A stretch of 64,000 nt of DNA from the human T2T-CHM13v2.0 reference genome, Homo sapiens: the NCBI RefSeq assembly GCF_009914755.1, contig NC_060947.1. One strand, given 5' to 3'. Position numbers and translations under genes: made by a program. Below the pieces are notes generated by a model. The model made no database searches and was not told the DNA's origin. It saw only the letters and a list, made by a program, of their open reading frames with translations. Below, piece after piece: positions 42,642 to 56,776 of this stretch. Positions within the stretch are counted from its first letter, which is position 1, and each line of letters starts with the position of its first letter.

Positions 42642-43322
42642 CTATTGAGATAATTATGTGTTTTTCTGTCTTTATTTCTGTTTATGTGATGAATCACGTT
42701 TACTGATTTGTGTATGTTGAACCAACCTCGCATCCCAGGGATAAAGCCTACTTGATTGTGATGGATAAGCTTTGTGATGTGCTACTGAATGTGGTTTGCC
42801 AGTATTATGTTGAGGGTTTTTGCATCATTGTTTATTAAGGATGTTAGCCTGAAGGTTTTTTGTTGTTGTTTTTTGTATCTCTGCCAGGTTTTGGTATGAG
42901 AATGATATGGGCCTCATAGAATGACTTACGGAGGAGTCCCTCCTCCTCAATTTTTTTGGAATAGTTTTAGTTGGAATGCTTCCAACTTTTCTTTGTACAT
43001 TTTTTGTACATATTTACAATTCAGCTGTAAATATGTCTGGTTGGTAGACTATTTATTACTGCTTACATTTCAGAAATTTGTATTAGCCTGTTCAAAGATT
43101 CAATTTCTTCCTGATTCAGTTTTGGGCAGGTGTATGTGTCCATAAATTTATCCATTTCTTCTACATTTTCTAGTTTATGTGCATAGAGGTGTTCATAATA
43201 TTTTCTGATGGTTGAATGTATTTCTGTGGGGTCAGTGGTGATATCCCCATTGTAATTTCTAATTGTGTTTATTTGAATCTTTTATCTTTATTTTTTATTA
43301 CTCTAGCTAGTAGTCTGTCTAT
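42642..43322 (-). mobile_element. L1PA/PB-type ORF2 internal fragment
   Basis: 'gtatgttgaaccaacctcgcatcccagggataaagcctacttgattgtg' etc.; no termini visible. Confidence 0.75.
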
Positions 43323-43324
43323 TA

Positions 43325-46300
43325 TAACAAGTCTTAAAGCATTTAAAAATTTGAAATATTATCAAGCATCTTCTCTGATCATGATAGAATAAAACCAGAA
43401 ATTGTGGAAACTAAACAAATATGTACAAATTAAACAATATGCTCCTAAATGACCAGTGGGTCAATAAAAAAATTGAAAAGGAAATCTAAAACTATCTGGA
43501 AATTTTGGAAGTGGAAATACAATGTAACAAAACCAATGAATACAGCAAAAGTTGTAATAAGAGCGAGGTTTATAGTTTTAATTTTCTACCTCACAAAACA
43601 GGAAGAAATTTCAAATAAACAATCTAACAATGCATCTTAAAAAACAAGAAAAGCAGGAGCAAACCAAATCCAAAATTCTTAGAAGAGTAATAAAAATAAA
43701 GCAGAAATAAATAAAATTAAAATGGAAAAATATATACAATAGATCAATGAAATAAAAAGTTGATTTTCTTGAAGTTATACAAAATTGACAAACATTAACC
43801 AGCCTAAGAAAATAAGAGAGAAAATCCAAGTAAATAAAATCAGAAATGAAAAAGGAGACATTACAATGGATACTGCAGAAATTCAAAAGATTATTAGTAG
43901 CTACTATGAGTAACTACATGCTAATAACTTGGTAAATCTTGAAGAAATAGACAAATTCCTACCTACATAAAAGCTACCAAGATTGAAACAGGTAAAATTC
44001 AAAATCTAAGCAATCCAATAACAAGTAATTCGACAAAACCCATAATAAAGAAAAAAAAAAAGCCAGAGACCTGATGGCTTTACTGCTGAATTCTACCAAA
44101 CATTTAAATGGAAACTAATACCAATCCTACCTAAACTATTTCAAAAAATAGAGAAGGAGAAAATACCTTCAAACTCATTCTATGAGGCCATTATTACCCT
44201 AATACCAAAACCAGACAATGACACACACACACACACACCCCTACAGGCCAATATTTCTGATGAATACTTATGCAAAAATTTTCAACAAAATACTAGCAAA
44301 CCAAATTCAACCATGCAGTTAGAATGACCATTCATCATGACCAAGTGGAATTTATCACTGGGTTGTAAGGATGGTTCAATATATGCAAATCAATCATATA
44401 AAACATTATATCAACAGAATGAAGAATAAAAGCCATATGATCACTTCAACTGATGCTGAAAAAACATTTGATAAAATTCAACTTCCCATCATGATAAAAA
44501 CCCTCAAAAACTGGGGATAGAAGGAACATACCTCAATACAATAAAAGCCACATAGAACACACCCACAGCTAGTATCATACTGAATGCAGCAAAACAGAAA
44601 GCCTTTAGTCTAAGGTCTGGAACATGACAACCATGTCCTCCTTTACTACTGCTATTCAACATAGTCATAGATGACCTAGCTGGAATAATCAGAAAAGAGA
44701 AGGATATAAAGGGCATCCAAATTGGGAAGGAAATGTCAAACTTTCCTTGTTTGCAGATGATGTGATCTTCTATTTGGAAAACCTTAAAGACTCTACCAAA
44801 AAACTATTTGAACTGATAAATTGAGTAAAATTGCAGGATACAAATTTAACATACAAAAAACAGTATAATTTCTATATGCCGACAGTGAACAAATTGAAAA
44901 ATAAGTAAAAAATTAATTCCATTTATAATAGACACACAAAATTAAATATCTAGGAATTAACTAAAGAAAGTTCTCTATAATATAAACTATAAATCAACGA
45001 GAACATCAAAAGATGGAAAAAATAATCCCATGTTTATGGATTGGAAGGATTGATATTGCTAAAGTGTCCACACTACCCAAGGCAATTTACAGGTTTAATG
45101 CAATCTCTTTCAAAATACCAATGGCATTCTTCACAGAAATAGAAGAAAGAATCCTATACTTAGCAAAATGAACAAAACTAGAGGAATTACATTACTTGAC
45201 TTCAAGTTACACTATAGAACTATAATGAACAAAAGATCATGGTACTGGCATAAAATCAGACACATAGAACAATGGAACAGAATACAGAACCCAGAAACAA
45301 ATCCATACACCTAGAGTGAACTCACTTTTAACAAGATGCCAAGAACATTCACTGGAAACAAAGCAGTCTTTTCAATAAATGGTGCTGAGAATATTAAATA
45401 TCCATATGCGGAAGAATGAAACTAGATCCCTATCTTTTGCCATATACAAAATGTATTAATGACTGAAATTTAAGACCTCAAACTATAAAACTACTACAAG
45501 AAAACATTGGGGGAAATCTCCAGGGAATAGTTCTGGACAAGAATTTCTTGAGCAATACCCCCAAGCACAGGCAACCAAGCAAAAATGGAAAAATGGGTTC
45601 ACATCCAGTTAAAAATTTTCTACACAGCAAAGGATACAATAAAAAAAATTGAAGAGACAACCCACCAAATAGGAGAAAATATTTGCAAACTACGCATCTG
45701 GCAAGGGATTGATAACCAGAATATAAAAGGAGCTCAAACAACTCTATAGGAAAAAATCTAATAGTCTGATCCAAAAAAAAATAGGAAAACGATTTGAATA
45801 GACATTACTCAAAAGAAGACACCCAAATGGCAAACTGACATATAAAATTTGCTTAACATCACAGAAATGCAAATCAAAACTACAGTGACATAGCATCTCA
45901 TCCAAGTCAAAATGGCTTATTATACAAAAGACAGGCAATAAAAAATGCTGGCAGGGATGTGGAGAAAAGGGACCCTTTGTACACAATTGGTTGGAATTAA
46001 ATTAGTACAACCACTATGGAGAACAGTTTGGAAGTTCCTCAAAAAACTGTAAATAGAACTACCATATGATTCAGCAGTCCCACTGCTGGGTATGTATTCT
46101 AAAGAAAGGAAATTGGTACATGGAAGAGATATCTGCACACCTATGTTTGTTGCAACACTGTTCACAGTAGCTAAGATTTGGAAGAAACCTAAGTGTCCAT
46201 CAACAGATGAATAAATAAAGAAAATTTGGTACATATACACAATGGAGTACTATTCAGCCATAAAAAATAATGCAAAAACATGGATGGCCCTGAAGATCAT

Positions 46301-46750
46301 TACGTTCAGTGAAATAAGCCAGGCACAGGAAGACATACATTGCGTGTTCTCACTTATCTGTGAGATCTAAAAATCAAAACATTGAAGCTCATGGACAAAG
46401 AGAGTACAAGGATGGTTACCAGAGGCTGGTAACCTCAGGGAAGGGTGGCGAGGGTTTGGCAGAGTAGGTGGGGATGATTAATGTGTAAAAAATAAGAGAA
46501 AGAATAAGTTCTACTATTGGATAGCACAGCAGGGTGACTGTAGTCAGTAACAACTTAATTTTACATTTTAAATTAACTCAAAGAGTGTAATTAGATTGTT
46601 TGCAACACAAAGGATAAATTCTTGAGGCAATGGATACATCATTTTCCTTGATGTCCTTGTCTCACATTGCATGCTTGTATTAAAACATCTCATGTACCCC
46701 ATAAACATATACACCTACTATGTACCCAGAAAAATAAACAATAAAAAATA
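43325..46750 (+). mobile_element. 5'-truncated L1MA1/2-like LINE-1
   Basis: Sense ORF2 homology including 'ttgtttgcagatgatgtgatc' (FADD). L1MA 3'UTR 'catctcatgtaccccataaacatatacacctactatgtaccc' plus A tail. Confidence 0.9.
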
Positions 46751-48566
46751 ATATTCATTATATATATTGGCCTGTAGTTTTCTTGTTTTATGTGTCTTTT
46801 TCTGATCTTGGAATCAGAATAATGCTGGCCTTGAGAATGAGTTTGGAAGTTTTCCCCTCTCCTCTGAATAGTTTGAGTAGCATTGGTATTAGTTCTTCTT
46901 TAAATGTTTGGAAGAATTCAGCAGTGAAGCCATCCAGTCCTGGGTTGTTTTCTGTTTGTTTTTGTTTTAGTTTTCACTGGGAGAATTTTTATTACAGTTT
47001 CAATCTTGTTACTTGTTACTGGTCTCTTCAGATTTTAGATTTATTCCTGGTTCAACCTAAGCAGGTTGAATGTGTCTAAACATTTGTCTATTTCTTCTAG
47101 ATTTTCCAATTTATTGGCATACAAGTTGCTGATAGTAGCCACTAAAGATTCTGTGAATTTCTGCATTATCAGCTGTAATGTATCTTTTTTCATTTCTGAT
47201 TTTATTTACTTGTATCTTCTTTTATTCTTAGTCTAAGGTTTTGTCAATTTTGTTTAAATTAAAAAAATTTTATTTCAGTGATATTTTTTATTGTTTTCTT
47301 CATTTCAGATTTATGTATTTATGGTCTGATCATACTAATTACTTGTCTCCTACTATTTTTGAGTTTGGCTTTCTCTTGCTTCTCTAATTCTTTAAGATAC
47401 ATCATTAGAGTGTTCAGTTGAGGTGTTTTTTTTTTCTTTTTTGATGCAGGCACATGTAGCTAGGTAGCTATAAACTTCCCTCTTAGTGCTGCTTTTGCTG
47501 TATCCCATAGGTTTTGTATGTTTTGTGTATATTATTAGTTGTTTCAAGAAACTTTTTAGTTTATTTCTTAATTTCGTCATTGGCATACTGGTTATTCAGG
47601 AACATATTGTTTAATTTAGGTGTATTTTCATAGTTTCCAAAATTCTTCATGTTATTGATTTCTAGTTTTATTCCATGTGGTCAGTGCAGATACTTGATAT
47701 TAATTCATTTATTTGAATGTCTTCAGACTTGTTTTGTAACCTAAAATATGGTCTATCCTTGAGAATAATTCATGTGCTGATGAAAATAATGTGTATTCTG
47801 CAGCTCTTGGATGAAATGTTTTGTAAATATGCATTAGGTCCATTTGGTATACAATGCAGATTAAGTCCAATGTTTCTTTGTTAGTTTTTTGTCTAGTAAA
47901 TTGCTGGGTCTCACCTGAAGCCAGCAAAGTCTTACAGATTCACCTAACGCCCTCAACATAGTACCTGGGTATCGGTACTGCTTATTCAGTACTCATAGGC
48001 TCTTCAGTCAGCAAGTTACAAATGCTGCCAGAACTGGCCTGTTTTCTTAAAGGCAGTGAGTTCCCTTCTGTCTCAGGCCATGTCTACAAATCTCACCCAG
48101 AAGCTAGGGCCTGGAATGCGGACCTCATAACTCTGACTAGTGTCCTACCCTGCTGTGTCTGAACTGGTATGCAAGGTGCTAGAGAAAGCCCTTCCTACTC
48201 TTTCCTCTCCTTTCCTCAAGTGGAAGGAAGGGGTCTCTTTTAGAGTCATGAGCTGTGCAGCTTGGGGTTGGGGGGTGATTGATGCCAGCACTCCTTTTGG
48301 CATCCCAGCTGATGTCTCGCTAGGTTATGTACTGCCCTAGTCCACTGTCTCTGGGCCTAGTTCAGCACTGGGACTTGCCTAAGAGTTGAAGTCCTTATGG
48401 CCTAGACTGCCTGTTGAGATAATTAGAGACTTAGAATACTCTAGACCACCATGGGGTGGTTAGTGGGAAGTGGAGTTCTGACGTCTGGAATCAGCAGTAC
48501 GACTCTGACTGGGGATTGTTTAAATTCTCCCCTCCATGGGCGGGCATCTGGTCCAGTTTTTTTTCT

Positions 48567-48609
<43 letters not shown>

Positions 48610-48925
48610 TCTAACAGGACAGCACTGAGTGTTCAATGCTTCATGATTTCTGTGCTCTTCCTCCCCTAGCACTTAGAGTGGTCCTCTGCACCATGCTGCC
48701 ACTACTGGGGGTGAGGGAAGGGTGGTGTCTGTGATTCAAGACTGTTTGTTCTACGTTTAAAGTGCCTCTTTCAGTGATACTAAGTAAGATTGAGGTATTA
48801 TGAGGGCTCACCTAATTTTGGGGTCTTACGAAGGTGGTTTTTTGTGCAGATGGTTGTTAACTTGGTGTCCTCATGGGTGGCACTATCAGTGGAGCCTTCC
48901 TTTCTGCCATCTTGCTCCCTCATCA
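46751..48925 (-). mobile_element. L1MA/L1M ORF2 fragment joined to an L1M 5'UTR (ORF1 region deleted)
   Basis: Antisense ORF2 EN region runs to ~47895, then GC-richer 5'UTR ending 'ttctgccatcttgctcc' (antisense YY1-type start). Confidence 0.75.
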
Positions 48926-49869
48926 CTTAATTGTGAGTTGGGTACTATTAATCTCTCCTACCTTTAGAAAATAAAAAACTAAACTTTACATGGATTAATT
49001 AATTTATCAAAGGCCACACAAATAATGAATGATGGAGCCATAGGTAAGGGTAATAACTGAATATAATGCAATGGAAGAAAATAGAAAGTAGACTGATATA
49101 TAAATGCAAAAGACAAATTGCAATCATAGCTTGAATTCCTAATTTGAAAATATTTAATACGAAATATTTCCGTGAGGGAGTAGAATAGCTAGAAATGATA
49201 TAAACTTTTTTTCCTAATAAGATTAGAACTAATATCTGGAGTAAAAAATATACATAGAATTTTTCAGTAAACACTTTTGAACTTTATGTTTTGTGTTGGC
49301 AGATTGAACGAAAACATAGGTAAGTAAAAATATTTGTGATTAGCAGTAGAACATAACTATTTTGTTTAATCAAAAATATTAATATTTGAAGCAATACTGC
49401 TGTATTATCTTTGGGTTTTAATAATGAGGTTAATACTGATTATGCTAACACTATAGTTTTTGTTTAGATATCAAGGGCATACCTCTCTCTCAGGGATCAC
49501 ACTTTTGTAATATTAAGTATTAATGAATAATAGTTAATTTTTAATGCACACTTAATGCACAGTTGCATGTATTATGTCATTTAATTTTCACAATCATCTC
49601 ATAATTTCTAAATATGTAATACCACACAAATATATAAACATATATATAGCTATACAAATATATAATCAAATATGTTTATTTATTTATACACCTCCCATAT
49701 TGCATCTTTGGAAAAGACACAGAATTTAAGCTGTTCCAGGTTATACAGCTACTAGATGATAGAGTCGGGATTGATAAAGTGCATCTTCTGTACATTCTTT
49801 AGTTCAGGGAAAATTTGTTTATAAAAAACATAAGAATATGTTGCATAAGAATATCCCTATATCAGGGAT

Positions 49870-50560
49870 ATTTTTTGCACACATGTATTGTTCACTTATG
49901 TCCTGAGTTTAGACCTTGATCCTTTTTTTGTCTAGACTATTGCAACAGCCTTTTAAGTGGTCTCTATGTGATATTTCTAATTTCTTTTATCTCTAGTCTA
50001 CTCTTCATTGCGGAAAATAACACTTTTCTGCTTAAAATCCTTCAATGTTACCTCAACACCTATAAAATTCAAAATGTTAATGTGAAAAATAAACCCTTCA
50101 TAATCTGACCACTATCTAGCTTCACAATTTCATCATCTACCACCTGCTCAGATACACATTCTTCTCCAAGCCTCACCATTTCAATAACATACCATGCTAT
50201 CATGCAAGTCAGTGCTTTAAATTAAAATGTCTTTAGCCTCTTTTTCCATAGGAAAAAAAAAACTACTTTTTTTTTTTAAGACTCAGCCATACATTATCTT
50301 GGAAGGCTTTCATGAACTTTACCCCCACCTCAAGGAAAAGTAGACACCATTACTTCTCATAAAGCATTCTGTGCTTATTTATTCTCTATTCACAGTATTC
50401 TGATTGATTATACTCATGTATTTCTTTTTACTGTGAATAGCTGAGACTAGTGGGCTAAATCTTATTAATCTCTATAACTCAAGTAGTTGTAGAGTTTATA
50501 ACATATAAGAGGCTCTGGAGAAGTATTTGTTAAAGTAATGAATGAAAAAGATGAATGGTT
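49870..50560 (+). mobile_element. L2 3' fragment
   Basis: 'tctagactattgcaacagcc...ctgcttaaaatccttcaatg...tatttgttaaagtaatgaatgaa'. Confidence 0.7.
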
Positions 50561-53500
50561 GGTAGACGGATGACTAATTGTGAAGAGATTGATGTGTTGA
50601 GATCATTTACAGTTTAAATACCTTTTCATAAATAAAGCACATTCTCAAGACAATGATCATGCATTTGAATTAGTTGAATTCAAAATAATGGGGTCTCTGA
50701 GGATTTTTTCCTAACTTACTACTAAAATATACCTTCCATTTTTTACAAATATCCATTTGGTAAGGACCAAAAAGGTCAGAAATAGGTACGAATCTGGGAT
50801 TTCTAGTGAACTGTATTCTTTTATTTTGGCTTGAATAAAGATAAGGACTATTATTAAAACATATAGTATTTAGTTTATTGAACGTTTATTAACTATAAAA
50901 GAAATAACAGGATATAAATTATGACGTAAATCTCCACAGTGACTACATTGCATTTGGCCTGGGCTTCTTGCTTCACAGTGCAGTAGGTGCAAATAATTGC
51001 ACTAGTATCTACAACCTATTGTGCCCCTATGGCTTAATAAGAAATTAATTGTTGAGCATATTTCCAAGACTAATTGTTAAAGAAGTTGCAAATTAATGCA
51101 GTTAATTTATTGAAACCAGTTCTTATTTTCACATGCAAAAAAAATGTGTAGTGGCTAAAATTGTCTATATCTCCATTTTACTTATGAAAATTAATAATTT
51201 AAAATATAAAATACTATCTTCAGTTTTGATCCAGAAACATCTCTGGCTAACTGTAAACACTGTGAAACTAAAGGCAATGAAAATAATAAAGAAATTCAAT
51301 TTATACTAAATTTCCAATTTTTAAAAAATTTTATTACTAGCCATTTACTTTGGAGAACTAAAACATGAAATATGTGTGTGTGTGTGTTGTAATGAATTGA
51401 TTTTACTGAATCAACGTTTTGTTTTACTTTTTTTCTTCCCAAGTGAAACATAAAGCTGAAAGGAGTTAGCCAGCTTGCTTTAGGCAGACAGTAATGAAAG
51501 CGTCCCCCAGAGAACCTCCAAGCCACCCCACAAGTGATTATACCAGATGTTTTGTGCAGATAATGGAACTTGCACAGGGGGCTTGCCTAAACATTCCCAC
51601 AGTGAAAAATTTTGTTCCTTAACACATGCTCAGTAAGCAAAAATAAATCAATATGGAGCAGCTAAGATTAAGGGCCTACAAGTTCACTGGAAGGGCGGGG
51701 TGGCACCACCAGGAATTTGCACCTTATACAAATAGGGAACCCCCTGACAACAGGAGGACAAGAAGTGTGTGGGTAAGGGTAAATAATTCCAACCCCCAAG
51801 GCTCCCTGTTTACAGGGGTGAAAGACACATTGGCACTCCACTAAAGTCACTGGGACTCGAGGATATAAGGACAGAAGAAAGAAAGAGCATGCTTTATTGT
51901 TCTCTCTCTCATGTAGGCTGGCTATCCACTAGGAAGAAGGAATGGGGGATGCCTTGTCCCCCTCTTTCTAGGTGAGTAACCAATCTGCAGCCTGCACTTC
52001 TCTTGAATGCCTTCTGAATCACTGGGTCTCCTTTGGAAAAAAATGCCCTATTTCTCTCTTTTCCTCCTTTGTTCTCTGTCCTTTTTCTGTGGATAGAAAA
52101 TTGTATTTCTGTACCACAGGACTCTTCCCTCAAGGTGCATTCTCCAAACTGGGAAAAGTTTATTTCCTCAAACCTTAAACTTCTTGGATTAAAATGGAGC
52201 TGGGGAAAGGGAACCCAGAAGCCTGACATGCCAGCAAATGGGTAGAAGTTCTTACCAGTTGGACTTCTGGCCTCCCTCTCCCTGTGCAAACTGGTTGAAT
52301 GAATGATAAAATCACTGTTTATATGCTCTGCAAAGATTTGATAAATGGAAAAGAGGATTTATGAGGCTAGTCTTAAGCTGTAGCCAATCTGGAGTGCTTT
52401 GTGTGTCTTTCTGCATGGTTGTGTCATAAGGAGGAATACCTTAGGATAGAACACAGGCTTAGGATGCCAAAAGCCTGCTGTTCAAGCCAGCCCAGCAAAC
52501 AGGTTAGTAACAAACTTTGCTACAGGCTTCCATCTTGTTTTACATCCTTAGGAGCTTGACCTTGTAACCGTGTGGAAGTACTTTATTTTGACCTTTGCCA
52601 TTTTACAATGGTGGCCCAAGTTCAATCACAGCTTAAAGAATGAGTACTTTTTGGGTTAATATCTGCATGACTTTTACCATTTGCTGATTCTCTTCCACTC
52701 CATGAACAACTTCTAGCTTTCTTACTTGAATATTTCCCTCTTTGAGCTACCTTTGAAGATTCTAGATTTTGTAGAAACTCCTTACCATATCTTTAAAAAT
52801 ATCTCATGCACTCATGGTTCAGTAATAACATTAGTTGAGGCTTGTTGGTTTCACTTGTGAGGTTACTTTTGCTAAAGCTCAAAAGCCAGAAATAATGGGC
52901 ACTTGGCATGGCTAAAGTCAAGTAACAAGGTATTTAAAAGGCTTTTCTTAAAGAGCACTGAACTTAATTTAAAGTGGATATCCAAGCTATAGGTATATTT
53001 GAAAGGCCTTTATGTTTTTCTTTTCTTGGCTCTTGTTTTTCTGGAAAAGGTTTTTCTCTCAGTCAACTGAATTACTTTTTTCCATTTTATCTCACCAATA
53101 TTTATGCATGCATGAGAGGTCCTAAGAAAAATTCTGATAGCCTGGGACTCCTGGGGAAATACAGAGAAGGCACCACAAACCTCATTTTGGGGAAAAAAAA
53201 AATCTGTTTTTATCATAGGGCCCCAGGAGTTAAAAGCTGATAGATACCTCTTAAAATCTATTTTTGTCTTCCAGCTATATCTTCTTATTAGGCTCTGTTA
53301 AACCACATGCTTTCTTAGCCCTGTTTCTTGAAAGGCTCCACCCTGAAGCCAATAATCCAATTAGGAGACTGGCAAATGAGAAATCTTATAATTACTGGAT
53401 CTTCTCATGTCTGTCTGTGTAATTATATATGTGTATGGGTGTAATGTTTATATAAAAAAGAGAGTTATAATTAATTGGCTTAAAGAAAAGTAAGTTATTA

Positions 53501-55440
53501 GATCATATATCAGATATTTTTAAAGAAAATAAAAGCAGTAGTGACTTTTAGTTTATGTTATTTAATTTTTAAGAAATAAAGGCAGTTTTAAAGATAATTG
53601 GTAAAATAGAAATGTCTTCAAAATGTAAATATGTGGGCTGAATCATGTAGGTCAGATATTAGGTTTGCTAAATGTTTCAAGTTTATAAACTTCTTTGACT
53701 TTTAAAAACTCTTTGACCTGCCTGCTTCACAATTGGTAAGGCCTGGTTACATATGGAATTAACTGTGCCCTTAACTAAGCTGGAAAAATGTCAGATTTTA
53801 TCTGTGCCTAGTACATAATCAAAATAACTTACCAAGTATTACATTAAAGTTAAAAATTGCTAAGAGTTACAATTATAACATGTAATTGAAACTATTGAAA
53901 ATAGATTTACATGTAAGCTGTGTAAGGAAAGTAAAATGTGTATTTAATAAATAATTATAAGAAGGTATGGAAATGTAAATTTTTGCCTAGGGTTAAATGA
54001 TTGTTTTCAATTGGATAAGATAAAGCTGAAGGTTTAAACATGTGGTGGAAGGCATATAAAAATTAATCTTGCAAAAGAAATTCTGTGTGTTAACATATTG
54101 ACTGACTTCAAAAAGGTATATGGTTTTTAGGTACATTGAGAATTGAAATAAATGCACAGCAAGGTTTTCTTAAGGTAGTGATCTGCTCTTTAATAAAAAT
54201 TTGTAAAGGGTTATAAAAGGTTTACAAGAATCTCACCTCATGGTCAAGCTTGTTAAGATTAGATAGAATTATCTAAAAGGTTTTATTTTAAAAAATGGAG
54301 TTGACATTTATAGTAGACTAATGCAAGGGTGAAATTTGGCTTCATCTCTCTTATACTGGATTACTACGTAATATTAAAGAGATTTTTTTTTTTGGAAAAC
54401 TAAGTCTTCCCTCTTAATGAGTAAAAGATTTTGGCTTGTTTTAAAATTTTTGAGTTATCATTTTGGCTAAAATAAATGAATTATGGTAATCTGGAATTCT
54501 ATTTCATAATACCAAGTGCTTTGAACCTCTAACATATTTAACAGGGTTCCAAAAATCAAACTTCAGCTTCAAAAATTGTCATTCCTGACCCTTAGCTTTT
54601 GGATGATACAGAAGGTGCCTGGAGCATCCAAAAGAGAGGTAAACAGGATTATTTGACATGCTTAGTTACATGCTACAGCCAAAATGATGTTCAATCTTCT
54701 TTAGGTTATATTTTAGTGAATAATATTAATATATATTTCAAAATTTTATGGGATTTCTAAAATTCTAATGTCTGCCTAAATGGTATCAATCATAATTAAG
54801 ATGATTATGTTAAGTTATTGTAAACCACAGAAATAATAAAAATTTTCTTGCCAATCATGTTCTTGACTGTAACCACCCTGGATATTTTGTCATTCACACG
54901 TCTGTGAATTACGATTGATGTCTTGCCTTCATCCTTTTCAAAAGATGGTTTATAATCAGCTACAGGGCTCTGACAGGTGCTCTCAAAATGGAGGTTCCTG
55001 ATAACTTTGGATATTATGTCATTGGAATAAAGGAAAAACATATGGGATTCATGAAGAGATGAAATGTTCATGATTATCAAGCAGAAAAAGAGTTAACAGA
55101 GTGGACTGAACTAACAGAAAACTGAAGTAATCTTTTAAACCTTTTTGAGTAAAATGTTGCTTATCCTTGTTTTGGTTTTCAGAGTAAAGGAAAATATGTT
55201 TTGAGCCATTTATGGTCTTTAATAGTTAAGTTTTACTCCTATGAACAAAATTTGTAACATATTTGTTTCTCACTGCCTGGCTTCTCCAAAATTTGGAAAC
55301 TATTTGTGAGTATTCTTAACTTATGGCAATACAGTTATTTGTATTGGTGCAATAAAAATTCATTTTCTTTTGCAATGGGGCACAATTTGAGTAAATGGTT
55401 GTTTTACCAAGGCTTTGACTGGGAGGATATGTTTTCCTTT

Positions 55441-56776
55441 TTTTTTTTTTTCTGAGACAGAGTCTCACTCTGTCACCAAGGCTGGAGTGCAGTGGTGTGA
55501 TATTGGCTTGCAGGGAAAAGAAAGAGAGATCAGATTTACTGTGTCTATGTAGAAAGGAAAGACATAAGAGATTCCATTTTGAAAAAGACCTGTACTTTAA
55601 ACAATTGCTTCGCTGAGATGTTGTTAATTTGTAGCTTTGCCCCAGCCACTTTGACCCAACCTGGAGCTCACAAAAACATGTGTTGTATAAAATCAAGGTT
55701 TAAGGGATCTAGGGCTGTGCAGGACATGCCTTGTTAACAAAATGTTTACAAGCAGTATACTTGGTAAAAGTCATTGCCATTCTCTAGTCTCAATAAACCA
55801 GGGGCACAATGCACTGCAGAAAGCTGCAGGGACCTCTGCCCTTGAAAGCTGGGTATTGTCCAAGGTTTCTCCCCATGTGATAGTCTGAAATATGGCCTCG
55901 TGGGATGAGAAACATCTGACCATCCCCCAGCCTGACACCCGTAAAGGGTCTGTGCTGAGGTGGATTAGTAAAAGAGGAAAGCTTCTTGCAGTTGAGATAG
56001 AGGAAGGCCGCTGTCTGCTGCCTGCCCCTGGAAACTGAATGTCTCGGTATAAAACCCGATTGTACATTTGTTCAATTCTGAGATCAGAGAAAAACCACCC
56101 TATGGTGGGAGGCGAGACATGTTTACAGCAATGCTGCTTTGTTATTCTTTACTCCACTGAGATGTTTGGGTGGAGAGAAACATAAATCTGGCTTACATGC
56201 ACGTCCAGTCATAGTACCTTCCCTTGAACTTAATTATGACACAGATTTTTTTGCTCACATGTTTTTTGCTGACTTTCTACTTATTATCACCCTGCTCTCC
56301 TACTACATTCCTTTTTGCTAAAATAATGAAAATAATAATCAATAAAAACTAAGGGAACTCAGAGGCCGGTGCAGGTCCTCGGTATGCTGAGCGCCAGTCC
56401 CCTGGGCCCACTGTTGTTTCTCTATACTCTGTCTCTGTGTCTTATTTCTTTTCTCAGTCTCTCGACCCACCCGACTAGAAATACCCACAGGTGTGGAGGG
56501 GCAGGCCACCCCTTCATTGGCTCACTGCAACCTCCACCTCCAAGGTTCAAGTGATTCTCCTGCCTCAGCCTCCTGAGTAGCTGGGATTACAGGTGCCTAC
56601 CACCACATCCCGCTAATTGTTTTTTTTGTTTTTTTGTTGTTGTTGTTTTTTGTATTTTTAGTAGAGATGGGGTTTTGCCATGTTGGCCAGGCTGGTCTCG
56701 ATCTGACTGCAGGTGATCTGCCTGACTTGGCTTCACAAAGTGCTGGGATTACAAGTGTGAGCCACCACGCCCAGCC
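55441..56776 (-). mobile_element. AluS split by LTR5 (parts 55441-55508 and 56517-56776)
   Basis: The two halves join seamlessly at 'gtgtgata-ttggct-cactgcaacc'. TSD core atgttttccttt at 55429-55440 and 56782-56793. Confidence 0.93.
55509..56516 (+). mobile_element. HERV-K(HML-2) solo LTR, LTR5A/B-like
   Basis: tgcagggaaaagaaagagagatcaga...ggccaccccttca, ~1 kb. 6-bp TSD ttggct. TATAAAA at 56048 and AATAAA at 56341. Confidence 0.95.

Noticed and set aside
47880-47925. L1 5'UTR-to-ORF2 jump as a spliced, retrotransposed L1
   Set aside because: A donor-like CAG|GTGAGA exists on the minus strand, but sequence continues past it before the junction, so an ordinary deletion is more likely.
51909-55080. 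ORFs inside the ERV internal region as gag/pol/env
   Set aside because: Short, with no recognisable retroviral motifs; consistent with non-coding MER4-group internal sequence.
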